Shown here one piece after another: positions 18,347 through 27,643 of a stretch of DNA of 64,000 nucleotides (positions within the stretch are counted from its first letter, which is position 1; every line of letters starts with the position of its first letter). Below the pieces are notes generated by a model. The model did no database searches and had not been told where the DNA came from. It worked only from the letters and a program-made list of their open reading frames with translations. The position numbers and the translations under genes were made by a program. Origin of the DNA: an uncultured Gammaproteobacteria bacterium (GTDB lineage: Bacteria > Patescibacteriota > Microgenomatia > Levybacterales > UBA12049); NCBI GenBank assembly GCA_964521295.1, contig CAZFRF010000001.1, positions 7,751 to 71,750 on the forward strand, in the 5' to 3' direction.

Positions 18347-18896
18347 ACATTTTTTTGCAATAGAGGGCTTAGATGGTGTAGGAAAATCTACGACAGTTGA
18401 TCAGCTAGTAGGGATGGGTTATTCTAGGGTTACTACGCCTACGGCGTTATTTAAAAAAGCACGACCATTATTTGAGAATGCAGATACTAGAGTTCGTTTT
18501 GTTTATTATTTATTAGGCGTAATGCATGCAGGTATGCAGGCTCATGATATGCAAAGCCATCAACCTGTTATTTCAGATAGATATCTTTTAACTACGCTAG
18601 CCGCTCATGAAGCAATGGGTTTATCGGTCGGATGGATAAATATGTTTAAGCCCGTTTTGAAGACAATTGAAAGACCTAGTAATACATTTTTAGTAACATG
18701 TGACGAAGAGGAGAGATTAAGAAGGTTAAATGCTAGAGGCGCGAATGCAGTAGATGTGAAAAATTTAGAAATTAATCCATTAATATTGGAAGGATATTCT
18801 AGATGGGCAGATAATTTAGGTCATAGATTGACTATTGTGGATTCAACCCATTTAACACCTCGAGAAACAGCAGAGTTAATTCAAGGCACAAAATGA
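18336..18896 (+). CDS. Thymidylate-kinase-family NMP kinase, CMPK2-like
   Basis: AIEGLDGVGKST P-loop, PVISDRY, EERLRRL lid. Start probably ATG 18336 (track 18324). Confidence 0.8.
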   Translation: MRNEHFFAIEGLDGVGKSTTVDQLVGMGYSRVTTPTALFKKARPLFENADTRVRFVYYLLGVMHAGMQAHDMQSHQPVISDRYLLTTLAAHEAMGLSVGWINMFKPVLKTIERPSNTFLVTCDEEERLRRLNARGANAVDVKNLEINPLILEGYSRWADNLGHRLTIVDSTHLTPRETAELIQGTK

Positions 18897-20092
18897 GTAA
18901 ATCAATTTCAGATATTATTAATCTAAATGAGCAGTGGCATAAATCTATTGAAAATTTATTGGAAAAATATAAATATATTTATGGACTATCTATAATTAAA
19001 AAAACGAAGTTAATTACAAATTCATTTTATAATTATTGCTTAAAAGGTAAATATTTTGTTGTTATTGCACTGTATAACAGTAAAAAAGAATTTTTTGTTC
19101 AAAAAGATTTATTAGAAGATGATAATAAATTGGATTTGGTTGGAGGATGGGTTAAGGATGGAGAATCATTTGATCAAGCACTTGAAAGAATAGTTGATAA
19201 AGAAACAGGAAATAAGCTAGTAGAGTCTATGCCTGTGGCTTTGGTTAATAATTTTTATCATACAAAAGATAATAAAAAAATTTCTCATCAAGGAATTGCT
19301 TTTTTGGGGAGAGTGCTACATGATTCTGTTTCTACTCAAAATGGGATATTTACATCAAATCAGAACGCTTTTTTAAGCGATAGAGATCTTGAGATTCTCA
19401 GGCTATGCAAGAAAATATTAAATGAAAAAATAATAGATCCACCTTTAGATGAGGTAGATGAGAATTTTAATGGAAAGCATCTAATTAAATTTAACAATAA
19501 AATAATTAAACCTCTAATATACTTGTTTAGCTCAAGAATTCTTTCAAATTGTATACTTGAGCATATTACATATGAAAATACTAAGAAGATCGGATATGTT
19601 CTTGATGTATCCTGTGGAGATGATAAGTCCATTTTGAAAATAGCTCAAAAATCAAGATTATTAGTTGCAAATGATATTTCTAGGAGCAAAATGGAGCCTT
19701 TAATTTATGCGTATGAGAATAAAAATATTATTTTTACAAATCAAAATTTATTGGATTTGAGTTACAAAATTAAATTTGATATTGTTATTTGCAAGAATAC
19801 TATGCATCACATGAAGACACCAGAGGAAATAGAATTATTAATTGATGTATTAAAAAGATATTCTAAGAATAGGATAATTCTAATGGATATTGAAGATCCT
19901 CAAAAAAGCATACTCGCTAAGGCTTGGAATATGTATTACAGAAAGATAATGGATGATCATGGAGGATTATTTATAACATTTAATCAATTCAAAGAGATCA
20001 TAAGATTAAAATTTCCTAATGCATCAAATATTTTAAATAAAAGAGTAAGGACAATAAAAGGTCAATATATGGTTAGTATTATAGATTTATGA
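18893..20092 (+). CDS. Degenerate Nudix domain fused to a class I SAM-dependent methyltransferase
   Basis: GGWVKDGESFDQALERIVDKETG Nudix-like box, then VLDVSCGD, ANDIS and FDIVICKNTMHHM MTase motifs. Confidence 0.8.
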   Translation: MSKSISDIINLNEQWHKSIENLLEKYKYIYGLSIIKKTKLITNSFYNYCLKGKYFVVIALYNSKKEFFVQKDLLEDDNKLDLVGGWVKDGESFDQALERIVDKETGNKLVESMPVALVNNFYHTKDNKKISHQGIAFLGRVLHDSVSTQNGIFTSNQNAFLSDRDLEILRLCKKILNEKIIDPPLDEVDENFNGKHLIKFNNKIIKPLIYLFSSRILSNCILEHITYENTKKIGYVLDVSCGDDKSILKIAQKSRLLVANDISRSKMEPLIYAYENKNIIFTNQNLLDLSYKIKFDIVICKNTMHHMKTPEEIELLIDVLKRYSKNRIILMDIEDPQKSILAKAWNMYYRKIMDDHGGLFITFNQFKEIIRLKFPNASNILNKRVRTIKGQYMVSIIDL

Positions 20093-20652
20093 ATACCAAT
20101 AACAAAGAAATAGAAGCTCGTTTTTTAGAAATCGAGTATAAAGAAATAATAAAAAAATTGAAAAAACTTAAGGCAATAGATTTGGGTGAAGATTTGCTTA
20201 AGGAGCTAATATTTTATGATAAAAAAATGACTTGGAGAAAAAAACAAATTTTTGTAAGACTAAGACAGACAAATGGAAAAATATATTTAACATATAAACA
20301 TCATAAGGCAGTAAAAATTGATGGCGCCACTGAAATTGAGCTTGAAGTAAATAGTTTAAATGCCGCTAAAAGTTTTTTATTGCAATTAGGACTTGTTTGT
20401 TATAGACAGCAGGAAAAGAGAAGGCATAAATTTAAATTAGGAAATGTAATATTTGATTTTGATACGTGGCCTAATATACCAACATATTTAGAAGTTGAAG
20501 GGGATTCAGAGGAGGATATAAAAATTGCCGTAAAAAAAACTGATCTAGATTTTTCTCAAGCTGTTTTTATTGATGCCAAAGGAATTATTGAAGATATATA
20601 TAAAATTCCAGTTTCTACATATAAGCATTTTACTTTTACAAAGATTGGATAA
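20089..20652 (+). CDS. CYTH-domain protein (class IV adenylate cyclase/triphosphatase family)
   Basis: EIEARF, VRLR, LTYK, EIE, EKRR, DTWP..YLEVE. Confidence 0.9.
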   Translation: MNTNNKEIEARFLEIEYKEIIKKLKKLKAIDLGEDLLKELIFYDKKMTWRKKQIFVRLRQTNGKIYLTYKHHKAVKIDGATEIELEVNSLNAAKSFLLQLGLVCYRQQEKRRHKFKLGNVIFDFDTWPNIPTYLEVEGDSEEDIKIAVKKTDLDFSQAVFIDAKGIIEDIYKIPVSTYKHFTFTKIG

Positions 20653-20694
20653 GAGTCTTCTAAATTTTAGAATCATCTGATATACTCTTATGAC

Positions 20695-21816
20695 ATGTTA
20701 GTTACGATCTTAATCTTTCTTCTAATTCTTTCCATTTTAGTCTTAATTCATGAAGCTGGTCATTTTTTTACCGCTAAATTTTTTGGGATAAAAGTAGAAG
20801 AGTTTGGTTTTGGTTTGCCACCTCGAGTGTTCGGTATTAAAAGAGGTGAGACAATTTATTCTCTAAATCTTCTTCCAATTGGTGGATTTGTAAAATTATA
20901 TGGTGAAGATGATGCCGGGAGCGGATCGGTTAATTTAAAGCAAGCTTCAGAGTTACCTAAAAAAGATTTAGGTAGGGCTTTTTATGCTCGTCCTGTTTGG
21001 CAAAGAGCAGCGGTAGTGGTTGCCGGGGTATTTATGAATTTTGTTTTAGCGGTTGCGATAGTTACTATACTTTTTTCTGTAGTTGGTGTAACAAGCCCTG
21101 GTAAAGATGTGATTGTTGATAAGGTTTTGCAAAACTCGCCAGCTCAGGCTAGTGGCTTAAAAACAGGGGATATTATTAAAAAAATAAACGGGCAAATCAT
21201 CACCAGCCCTTCAGAATTAGTAGTAATTACAAAAAAACATTTAGGCGAAAAAATTACATTAGAAGTTAAAGATCAAAATTCTAAATCTAAAATTTTAACT
21301 GTTACGCCTCGTAAAAATTCGCCTAAAAATGAAGGGCCTATGGGAATTGCCATTTCTCAATCTGTAGTAACTAAAAAATATCCTTGGTACCAAGCCCCTT
21401 TTGTTGGAACTAAAGAAGTATTGAATCAATCATTTATGATAGCTCAGGGTCTTTTTACAGTTGTATTTCAATTAGTCACTAAAGCTAGTGTTCCTCAGGA
21501 TGTTGCTGGTCCAGTTGGAATAGCTCAGCTAACGGGAACAATGGTTAGTATTGGTCTTCCAGCTGTTTTATCTTTCATTGCGCTTTTGTCATTAAATTTA
21601 GCTATTGTGAATATCTTGCCAATACCAGCTTTAGACGGTGGAAGACTGCTATTTATCTTAGTAGAGGGAGTAACGGGTAAAAAAGTAAATGCAAAATATG
21701 AAAATGCAGCTCATACAATTGGAATGGCACTTTTACTTGGATTGATTGCGTTAATAACGATTCACGATTTAATTAGAGTGTTTTCCGGTCAACCTTTAAT
21801 TCCCCAAATAAAATAA
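20695..21816 (+). CDS. rseP: RIP metalloprotease RseP (M50, PDZ)
   Basis: HEAGH, GGFVKLYGE, PDZ domain, NILPIPALDGG. Confidence 0.93.
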   Translation: MLVTILIFLLILSILVLIHEAGHFFTAKFFGIKVEEFGFGLPPRVFGIKRGETIYSLNLLPIGGFVKLYGEDDAGSGSVNLKQASELPKKDLGRAFYARPVWQRAAVVVAGVFMNFVLAVAIVTILFSVVGVTSPGKDVIVDKVLQNSPAQASGLKTGDIIKKINGQIITSPSELVVITKKHLGEKITLEVKDQNSKSKILTVTPRKNSPKNEGPMGIAISQSVVTKKYPWYQAPFVGTKEVLNQSFMIAQGLFTVVFQLVTKASVPQDVAGPVGIAQLTGTMVSIGLPAVLSFIALLSLNLAIVNILPIPALDGGRLLFILVEGVTGKKVNAKYENAAHTIGMALLLGLIALITIHDLIRVFSGQPLIPQIK

Positions 21817-22481
21817 TGCAAATTATTAAAGTTAAAAATCCTTTAAGTGGAGTAGATATTGCTAAGGAGATTTTATATAAAAATGTAAATACAAGAACAG
21901 TCTTATTTTTATCTGGAGGATCAACCCCTAAGCTTTTATATGAAACCTTAGCTCAAGAAAAGAAACTAAATTCGGGCGCAGTGGCCATGGTTGATGAGCG
22001 ATTTGGTGAAAGATTACACATAGATTCTAATGAATTAATGATTAAAAATACTAAGTTTTTAAATTATTTAGAATCTAAAAATATTAAATTTTTTCCAATC
22101 CTAAATAATGAATCATTAGAAAGTACGAGTCTAAATTATGATGAGACTTCAAGATTTTTGTTTAATCATTTTTCAAAAACCGTTGCGATTATGGGGATAG
22201 GTGAGGATGGACATACAGCTGGAATTCCGATTGGAACAGATAATAGTATTTCGGATTTGGTAACTTTTTATACAAATTTTCCTGGTAAATTAAATAAGAG
22301 AATTTCTTTAACCTATGCTGCATTAGAGCAAATAGACTTATTAATTGTTTTAGTTTTTGGAAAAGAAAAGCAGAAAATTTTAAATAAAATTTTTAAAGAG
22401 GGAAGCCTTGCTGAGATTCCAGCTAGAATATTTCAAAAACTTGATAATAAAACACTTTTAATTACAGATTTAAAGACCTAA
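21816..22481 (+). CDS. pgl: 6-phosphogluconolactonase family protein
   Basis: LSGGSTP, VDER, MGIGEDGHTAG, RISLT. Confidence 0.85.
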   Translation: MQIIKVKNPLSGVDIAKEILYKNVNTRTVLFLSGGSTPKLLYETLAQEKKLNSGAVAMVDERFGERLHIDSNELMIKNTKFLNYLESKNIKFFPILNNESLESTSLNYDETSRFLFNHFSKTVAIMGIGEDGHTAGIPIGTDNSISDLVTFYTNFPGKLNKRISLTYAALEQIDLLIVLVFGKEKQKILNKIFKEGSLAEIPARIFQKLDNKTLLITDLKT

Positions 22482-23366
22482 TACAAAGGGAATAGTAGGT
22501 TTTTGAATTCTAACACCTAAGTTAACAATTGATTGCGCTGCAGCTAAGGCCTTATCTCTTGCTTCTTCACTCCAATAACTTTGTTTTCTACCCTTTGGTT
22601 TATCATCGGGTTTACTTTGATAAACTATATGCTCAGATCCTGTTTGGGGGGATAAAACACTAAATTCCTCTAAAACACCAAACCCAGATTGTTCTCTTCT
22701 ACCGATAAGATGATCTTTATTTGCAGTTATAAACCATGTTCCCAAATTTTCTGCTGGTAACGAGATGCTTAATCCGGTTAAGTTTGGAAAAGGTCTAAGA
22801 AAAGTTCCCCAGAATTGATCAATTATGGTTGGATATTGAAGACGATGGGCTGGGGTTGGAGTATGGGCTTCTTCTGGTTTTTGTTGCTCGGCTGGTGAAA
22901 GTAAATCTCCTAGATACAAATCAATCATTTCTAGAGAACTAGGGGAGTTTTTATAATCATGCGTTCTGTGTCTACTGCCTGCTTTATTCCACCAGCTTAG
23001 CTGAGGTTTATCTTGTACACCTATTGTAAAGCCACCTGTAGTCAGAGTTCTGTGGTGGGGGGTTTGCGATGCAGAAATATAAGTGTCTGGTCGAAAATGA
23101 ATTCGCCATCTAGAATTATTTGTATTTGCATTAATTGTCATTCCTGAAGGTAATTGTTCCGGGTCGACTCTTAGCCAAGCTGAGTTAATTCTTTCTTGGA
23201 CGGAAAGAAAATATTCCGTAATCTCCGCTGGGGTAAGACTTGTAGATCTCGGAGGAGTTACTGGGGTTTTGGGTTGGTCAATTTGTTGAGCTCTTGATTT
23301 TTCAGAATACGGAGCCAGTGGTTGTCCACCAGGAATACCTCTTTCTGGAAATATTGGTCTTGGCAT
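22470..23366 (-). CDS. Hypothetical protein (Pro/Arg-rich orphan)
   Basis: 298-aa ORF. Promoter TTGACA-N17-TATATT ends 6 nt before the ATG. Confidence 0.75.
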   Translation of the reverse strand: MPRPIFPERGIPGGQPLAPYSEKSRAQQIDQPKTPVTPPRSTSLTPAEITEYFLSVQERINSAWLRVDPEQLPSGMTINANTNNSRWRIHFRPDTYISASQTPHHRTLTTGGFTIGVQDKPQLSWWNKAGSRHRTHDYKNSPSSLEMIDLYLGDLLSPAEQQKPEEAHTPTPAHRLQYPTIIDQFWGTFLRPFPNLTGLSISLPAENLGTWFITANKDHLIGRREQSGFGVLEEFSVLSPQTGSEHIVYQSKPDDKPKGRKQSYWSEEARDKALAAAQSIVNLGVRIQKPTIPFVLGL

Positions 23367-23404
23367 TTTGCCAATATACTATTGCAAAGATTTAATGTCA
23401 ATAA

Positions 23405-23599
23405 TTATTTAGGAAGTCTTTTGCTTGCAGTATATGGACCTCTAACGATTTCAGGTCCAGTTGAGAGATAGTGTCTTTGGAGCGTGGTTTCAGTATTAGG
23501 TTTTCTTTCCCCAGGTGTAGCTGTAGTTACTCTGAGTCCATCTTGTTTTAAGGCAGCTACGAATAGGGATTCTGTTAATGATTAATCAATTCTTTTCAT
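23405..23599 (-). pseudogene. Small ORF with an in-frame TAA at codon 6
   Basis: ATG lies 1 nt after the gdhA stop: MKRID*SLTESLFVAALKQDGLRVTT...SKRLPK*. The frame fills the whole intergenic gap. Confidence 0.5.
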
Positions 23600-23600
23600 A

Positions 23601-24875
23601 TTAATCTAAAATTTTACTTAAGGCTACTAAATAGGAAGCTTCTTTTAAGTTAGTTTTTTTCTTTTTTGCTGTATTCCAAACATTATCAAAAGCTTTTTTC
23701 ATAATATTTTCTAGTCTTTGTAAGACTTTTTCTTTTTCATAAACTGTATATTTTAAATTTTGTTCCCATTCAATAAAGCTACCTGCAACCCCACCAGAAT
23801 TAGCTAAGACATCTGGAACAATGGTAGTTTTTTTGCGATCTAAAAAGTGAAATGCTTCTGGTGTGATTGGACCATTTGCCATTTCAATAATGACTTTGGC
23901 TTTAATGTTTTGCATATTTGATTCGTTAATTACGTTTTCTAGTGCTGCGGGTACTAAAATATCAACTGGAAGAGTGAGGAGTTCCTCATTTGTTATTAGT
24001 TGTCCACCTCGCGTATCACAAACTCCACCAGCACAGTAACAGCCATTTAAACTGCCTTTTTCGACCTTACATTCATAAACTAGGGGAATATCTAAAGGAA
24101 TAAAATTGCCTTGTTCATCTTTTTTGACAATGCCACCTTTGGAGTCTGAAACAGCGATAATTTTAAAGCCTGCATCTTGGGCAAGTTTTGCAAAGAAATA
24201 GCCAACATTGCCAAAACCCATAATTGCAATTGTGGTTTGTTGTGGTTTTAATTTTAATTTTTTAGTTAGTTCTTTAAGAATAGCAACGCCTCCAAAGCCG
24301 GTTGCCTCGGTTCTACCAGCAAGCCCATTTCTAGCTTTTCCAGTAAAAGTTGCGTATAAATCATTAGGATTTTTAACTAACTTTTTATTTATCTTTATAT
24401 ATTCATCTGTCATCCAATCAATAATTTTTGGGTTTGTATTTACATCAGGAGCGGGAATATCTTTACGTGGACCAATATTATCAGCTATGCTTTTTATAAA
24501 TTTTCTGGAAACTTCTTCTAATTGTTTTTGAGTTAGGGATTTTGGATCAACTGCAATTCCGCCTTTGCCACCACCGAAGGGAAGTCCTGCAATAGCGCAT
24601 TTTAGACTCATCCATAATGACAATGCCATCACTTCGTCTTTATTTACTTTTTGATGGAACCTAAGACCTCCTTTATAAGGTCCTAAGTTATTATTATGTT
24701 GACTTCTGTAGCCTTTAAAGGTGATTGTTTGCTTATCGATGGTTAAGGGGATTTTTACTTCTATAACTTTGTCTGGTTCGAGGAATTCTTGAAGCTTATC
24801 CTTAGGTAAATTGTACTTTTCACCTATGCTTAAAATTTCTTCTCTGGACTTTTCAAATGTACCTTGATTATCCAT
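23601..24875 (-). CDS. gdhA: Glu/Leu/Phe/Val dehydrogenase (glutamate dehydrogenase)
   Basis: GPYKGGLRFH, GGGKGG, PAPDVNT, GFGNVG, EMANGP, PDVLANSGGV. Start probably ATG 24875 (track 24896). Confidence 0.92.
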   Translation of the reverse strand: MDNQGTFEKSREEILSIGEKYNLPKDKLQEFLEPDKVIEVKIPLTIDKQTITFKGYRSQHNNNLGPYKGGLRFHQKVNKDEVMALSLWMSLKCAIAGLPFGGGKGGIAVDPKSLTQKQLEEVSRKFIKSIADNIGPRKDIPAPDVNTNPKIIDWMTDEYIKINKKLVKNPNDLYATFTGKARNGLAGRTEATGFGGVAILKELTKKLKLKPQQTTIAIMGFGNVGYFFAKLAQDAGFKIIAVSDSKGGIVKKDEQGNFIPLDIPLVYECKVEKGSLNGCYCAGGVCDTRGGQLITNEELLTLPVDILVPAALENVINESNMQNIKAKVIIEMANGPITPEAFHFLDRKKTTIVPDVLANSGGVAGSFIEWEQNLKYTVYEKEKVLQRLENIMKKAFDNVWNTAKKKKTNLKEASYLVALSKILD

Positions 24876-24944
24876 ATACAGAATAAAAGTATACACCTAT
24901 TTTAGTGCTTTTCAAATGGTATTATTATGTTTAGAATAGTAAAA

Positions 24945-26387
24945 ATGCCAGGTCTTTTGTTAAATGAGGTAAAGTCTCCTTTCATAATGGTAATTTTTGG
25001 TGCAACAGGAGATTTGGCACAGCACAAGCTAATTCCATCCCTCTTTGCGCTTTTTACCCAGGATCTTTTGCCTAAAGATTTTTATATAATTGGTTTTTCG
25101 AGAAGAGAATTTACGAAAGATGAATTTCATAAATATTTTGAGCATTTACAACAAAAGACAGGCTGGAATGAGTTTAGCAAGCATCTTTTTTATCAATCTG
25201 GAAGTTTCGAAGAAGATAAAGGTTATTTAGATTTAAATAAAAAATTAGAAGAAATAGATGAAAAATTAGGCGCATGTGTTACTCGCTTTTTCTATCTTGC
25301 AACCCCACCTGATCACTACGAACAGATTCTAGAAAAATTAGTTTCAACAAAATTAAATGAAGGTTGTGGTCATGAAGGCAATAGTTGGACCAGAATAATT
25401 TTAGAAAAGCCTTTTGGTAAGGATTTAGAAACAGCTAGAAAATTGGATCAGAAATTATCAGACATTTTTGATGAAAAACAAATCTTTAGAGTTGATCATT
25501 ATCTTGGAAAAGAAACAGTGCAAAACATGCTTGCCTTTAGATTTGCTAATGGTATTTTTGAACCAGTTTGGAATAAAAATTTAATTGATCACGTTCAAAT
25601 TACATTTGCTGAAGAGGAGGGAGTAAAAAGACGAGGAAGATTTTTTGATGGAGTAGGTATACTTAGAGATATTGCTCAGAATCATTTAATGCAACTAATT
25701 GCTGCAGTTGCGATGGAGCAGCCCCGTAGTTTTACAAAAGAAGATTTAAGAGAGCAAAGGGCTAAAGTAATTTCGGCAATAACTTTAGATAAAGATAGTG
25801 AAGTTGTTAGAGCCCAGTACGAAGGTTACCTAGATGAAAAAGATGTTGACCCTAATTCTTTAACAGATACATTTGTCGCAATGAAAATGTTTGTGAATAC
25901 TCCTAGATTTGAAGGAGTACCTTTTTATGTAAGGGCAGGTAAGAAGATGCCTAAAGAAGTTGTGGAGATTTCTGTAGTATTTGTACAGACCTGTCACATT
26001 CTATTTAAAGAATATGGGTGTCCAGAAATAGGAAACGTTATTACATTTAGAATTCAACCAAATGAGGGAATCTCCTTAAGATTTATTGCTAAAACTCCAG
26101 GTGCGAAATTAGGACTTGAAAGTGTTGACATGAAATTTAATTACAAAGAAAGTTTTGGAACATCTGGAATCGAGGCATATGAGCGAATACTTTTGGATAT
26201 TTTTGCAGGAGATCAAATGCTTTTTAACAGAAGTGATGAACTTGATAGTTCATGGACTTTAATAACCCAAATACTGACTAAATGGAAAGCAGAAAAAGAA
26301 AAATTGGAAAGTTATCCTGTTTCAAGTTTTGGTCCTAAGAAAGCTTTTGATTTAATTGAAAAAGATGGGAGGAAGTGGTTGGTTTAG
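24945..26387 (+). CDS. zwf: Glucose-6-phosphate 1-dehydrogenase
   Basis: IFGATGDLA, EKPFG, RVDHYLGKE, RDIAQNHLMQ. Start probably ATG 24945 (track 24927). Confidence 0.96.
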   Translation: MPGLLLNEVKSPFIMVIFGATGDLAQHKLIPSLFALFTQDLLPKDFYIIGFSRREFTKDEFHKYFEHLQQKTGWNEFSKHLFYQSGSFEEDKGYLDLNKKLEEIDEKLGACVTRFFYLATPPDHYEQILEKLVSTKLNEGCGHEGNSWTRIILEKPFGKDLETARKLDQKLSDIFDEKQIFRVDHYLGKETVQNMLAFRFANGIFEPVWNKNLIDHVQITFAEEEGVKRRGRFFDGVGILRDIAQNHLMQLIAAVAMEQPRSFTKEDLREQRAKVISAITLDKDSEVVRAQYEGYLDEKDVDPNSLTDTFVAMKMFVNTPRFEGVPFYVRAGKKMPKEVVEISVVFVQTCHILFKEYGCPEIGNVITFRIQPNEGISLRFIAKTPGAKLGLESVDMKFNYKESFGTSGIEAYERILLDIFAGDQMLFNRSDELDSSWTLITQILTKWKAEKEKLESYPVSSFGPKKAFDLIEKDGRKWLV

Positions 26388-26388
26388 T

Positions 26389-27303
26389 ATGCAAATAGGT
26401 TTTATTGGTCTGGGAAAAATGGGCGGGAGAATGGTGCAGAAATTAATTGACGATAAACATGAGGTTTTTGCATGGAACAGAACTTTTGAAGTAAGTAAAG
26501 CTTTGCAGAAAGAAAATCCTAAATTAAATATCGTTGAAAATATAGAAGAATTAGCAGGCAAGCTAAAATCTCCGAAAGTAATTTGGTTAATGGTTCCAGC
26601 CGCAGCTGTTGATGAAATTTTAAAAGAAGTAACTAAATATATTGAAAAAGGAGATATCGTAATTGATGGTGGAAATTCAAATTATTTAGATACTGAAAAA
26701 AGATTTAATTTTTTCGAGAAAAAAGGAATTAAATTTTTAGGAGTTGGTACAAGTGGAGGAATTTTAGCAATTAATAATGGCTATCCTTTTATGGTTGGTG
26801 GAAATAAATCTGCTTATCTAAAAATCATTCCGCTTTTAGATACATTAGCAAAACCAAATGGTGGGCATGAATATTTTGGGACTGGTGGAGCAGGGCATTT
26901 TGTAAAAATGGTACACAATGGAATTGAATATGGAATCATGCAGTCTTTAGGTGAGGGATTTGAAGTTTTGGAAAAATCAAAATATAAATTTAATTTAGTA
27001 AATGTTGCTAAGCTCTGGCAAAAGGGGACACTTGTTTCGGGATTTTTATTAGATAGAGCAAAAGATGCATTGGTTAAAAATCCAACACTTGATGATATCA
27101 AAGGAGAAATTGATGCATCAGGTGAGGCCTTGTGGACAATTGAAGCAGCCAAAAAAGAAAAAGTAGCTGTAGAGATTATTGAAAGATCTTTAGATTATAG
27201 AGCAAGGTCTAAAACTGATAAAAAAATTCAGACAAGTTTTACAGCTAGGATGGTAGCAGCATTAAGAAGAGAATTTGGCGGACATAGTGTTAAAAAAGTT
27301 TGA
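26389..27303 (+). CDS. gnd: 6-phosphogluconate dehydrogenase (short, YqeC/GntZ type)
   Basis: IGLGKMG, IDGGNS, GHFVKMVHNGIEYG, LRREFGGH. Start ATG 26389. Confidence 0.95.
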   Translation: MQIGFIGLGKMGGRMVQKLIDDKHEVFAWNRTFEVSKALQKENPKLNIVENIEELAGKLKSPKVIWLMVPAAAVDEILKEVTKYIEKGDIVIDGGNSNYLDTEKRFNFFEKKGIKFLGVGTSGGILAINNGYPFMVGGNKSAYLKIIPLLDTLAKPNGGHEYFGTGGAGHFVKMVHNGIEYGIMQSLGEGFEVLEKSKYKFNLVNVAKLWQKGTLVSGFLLDRAKDALVKNPTLDDIKGEIDASGEALWTIEAAKKEKVAVEIIERSLDYRARSKTDKKIQTSFTARMVAALRREFGGHSVKKV

Positions 27304-27316
27304 TATAATCTTTTTT

Positions 27317-27643
27317 ATGGAAAATATTACAATTGATGATTTTAAAAAAGTAGAAATAAGAATTGGAAAAGTTGTTGAGTGCGTTAAGATGGAAAACGCA
27401 GATAAACTTCTAAAGCTCCAAGTTGATTTTGGGGAATTTAAAAGACAAATATTATCTGCAATTGCCGAGTATTTTACACCAGAAGATTTAATTGGTAAAA
27501 AACTTCCCTTTATTGTTAATTTAGAGCCAAGAGTTATGCGTGGAGAAGAGTCGCAAGGAATGCTTATGGCTGTTGATGGAGTAGACAGACCGGTTCTTTT
27601 AGAACCACAAGGTGAAGTTACTGAAGGCTCAATAGTTGTTTAA
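27317..27643 (+). CDS. tRNA-binding OB-fold protein (Trbp111/CsaA/MetRS C-terminal-like)
   Basis: ITIDDFKKVEIRIG, ADKLLKLQVD, VNLEPR..G.ESQGML. Confidence 0.9.
   Translation: MENITIDDFKKVEIRIGKVVECVKMENADKLLKLQVDFGEFKRQILSAIAEYFTPEDLIGKKLPFIVNLEPRVMRGEESQGMLMAVDGVDRPVLLEPQGEVTEGSIVV

Noticed and set aside
17056-20652. Prophage, integron or transposon as the carrier of the cassette; a viperin system
   Set aside because: No integrase, transposase, att/attC-like repeats or phage genes were seen, and no radical-SAM CxxxCxxC protein is present.
23405-23599. Stop-codon reassignment (e.g. code 25) or readthrough
   Set aside because: The interrupting codon is TAA, core genes end normally in TAA/TAG/TGA, and long ORFs are intact in code 11.
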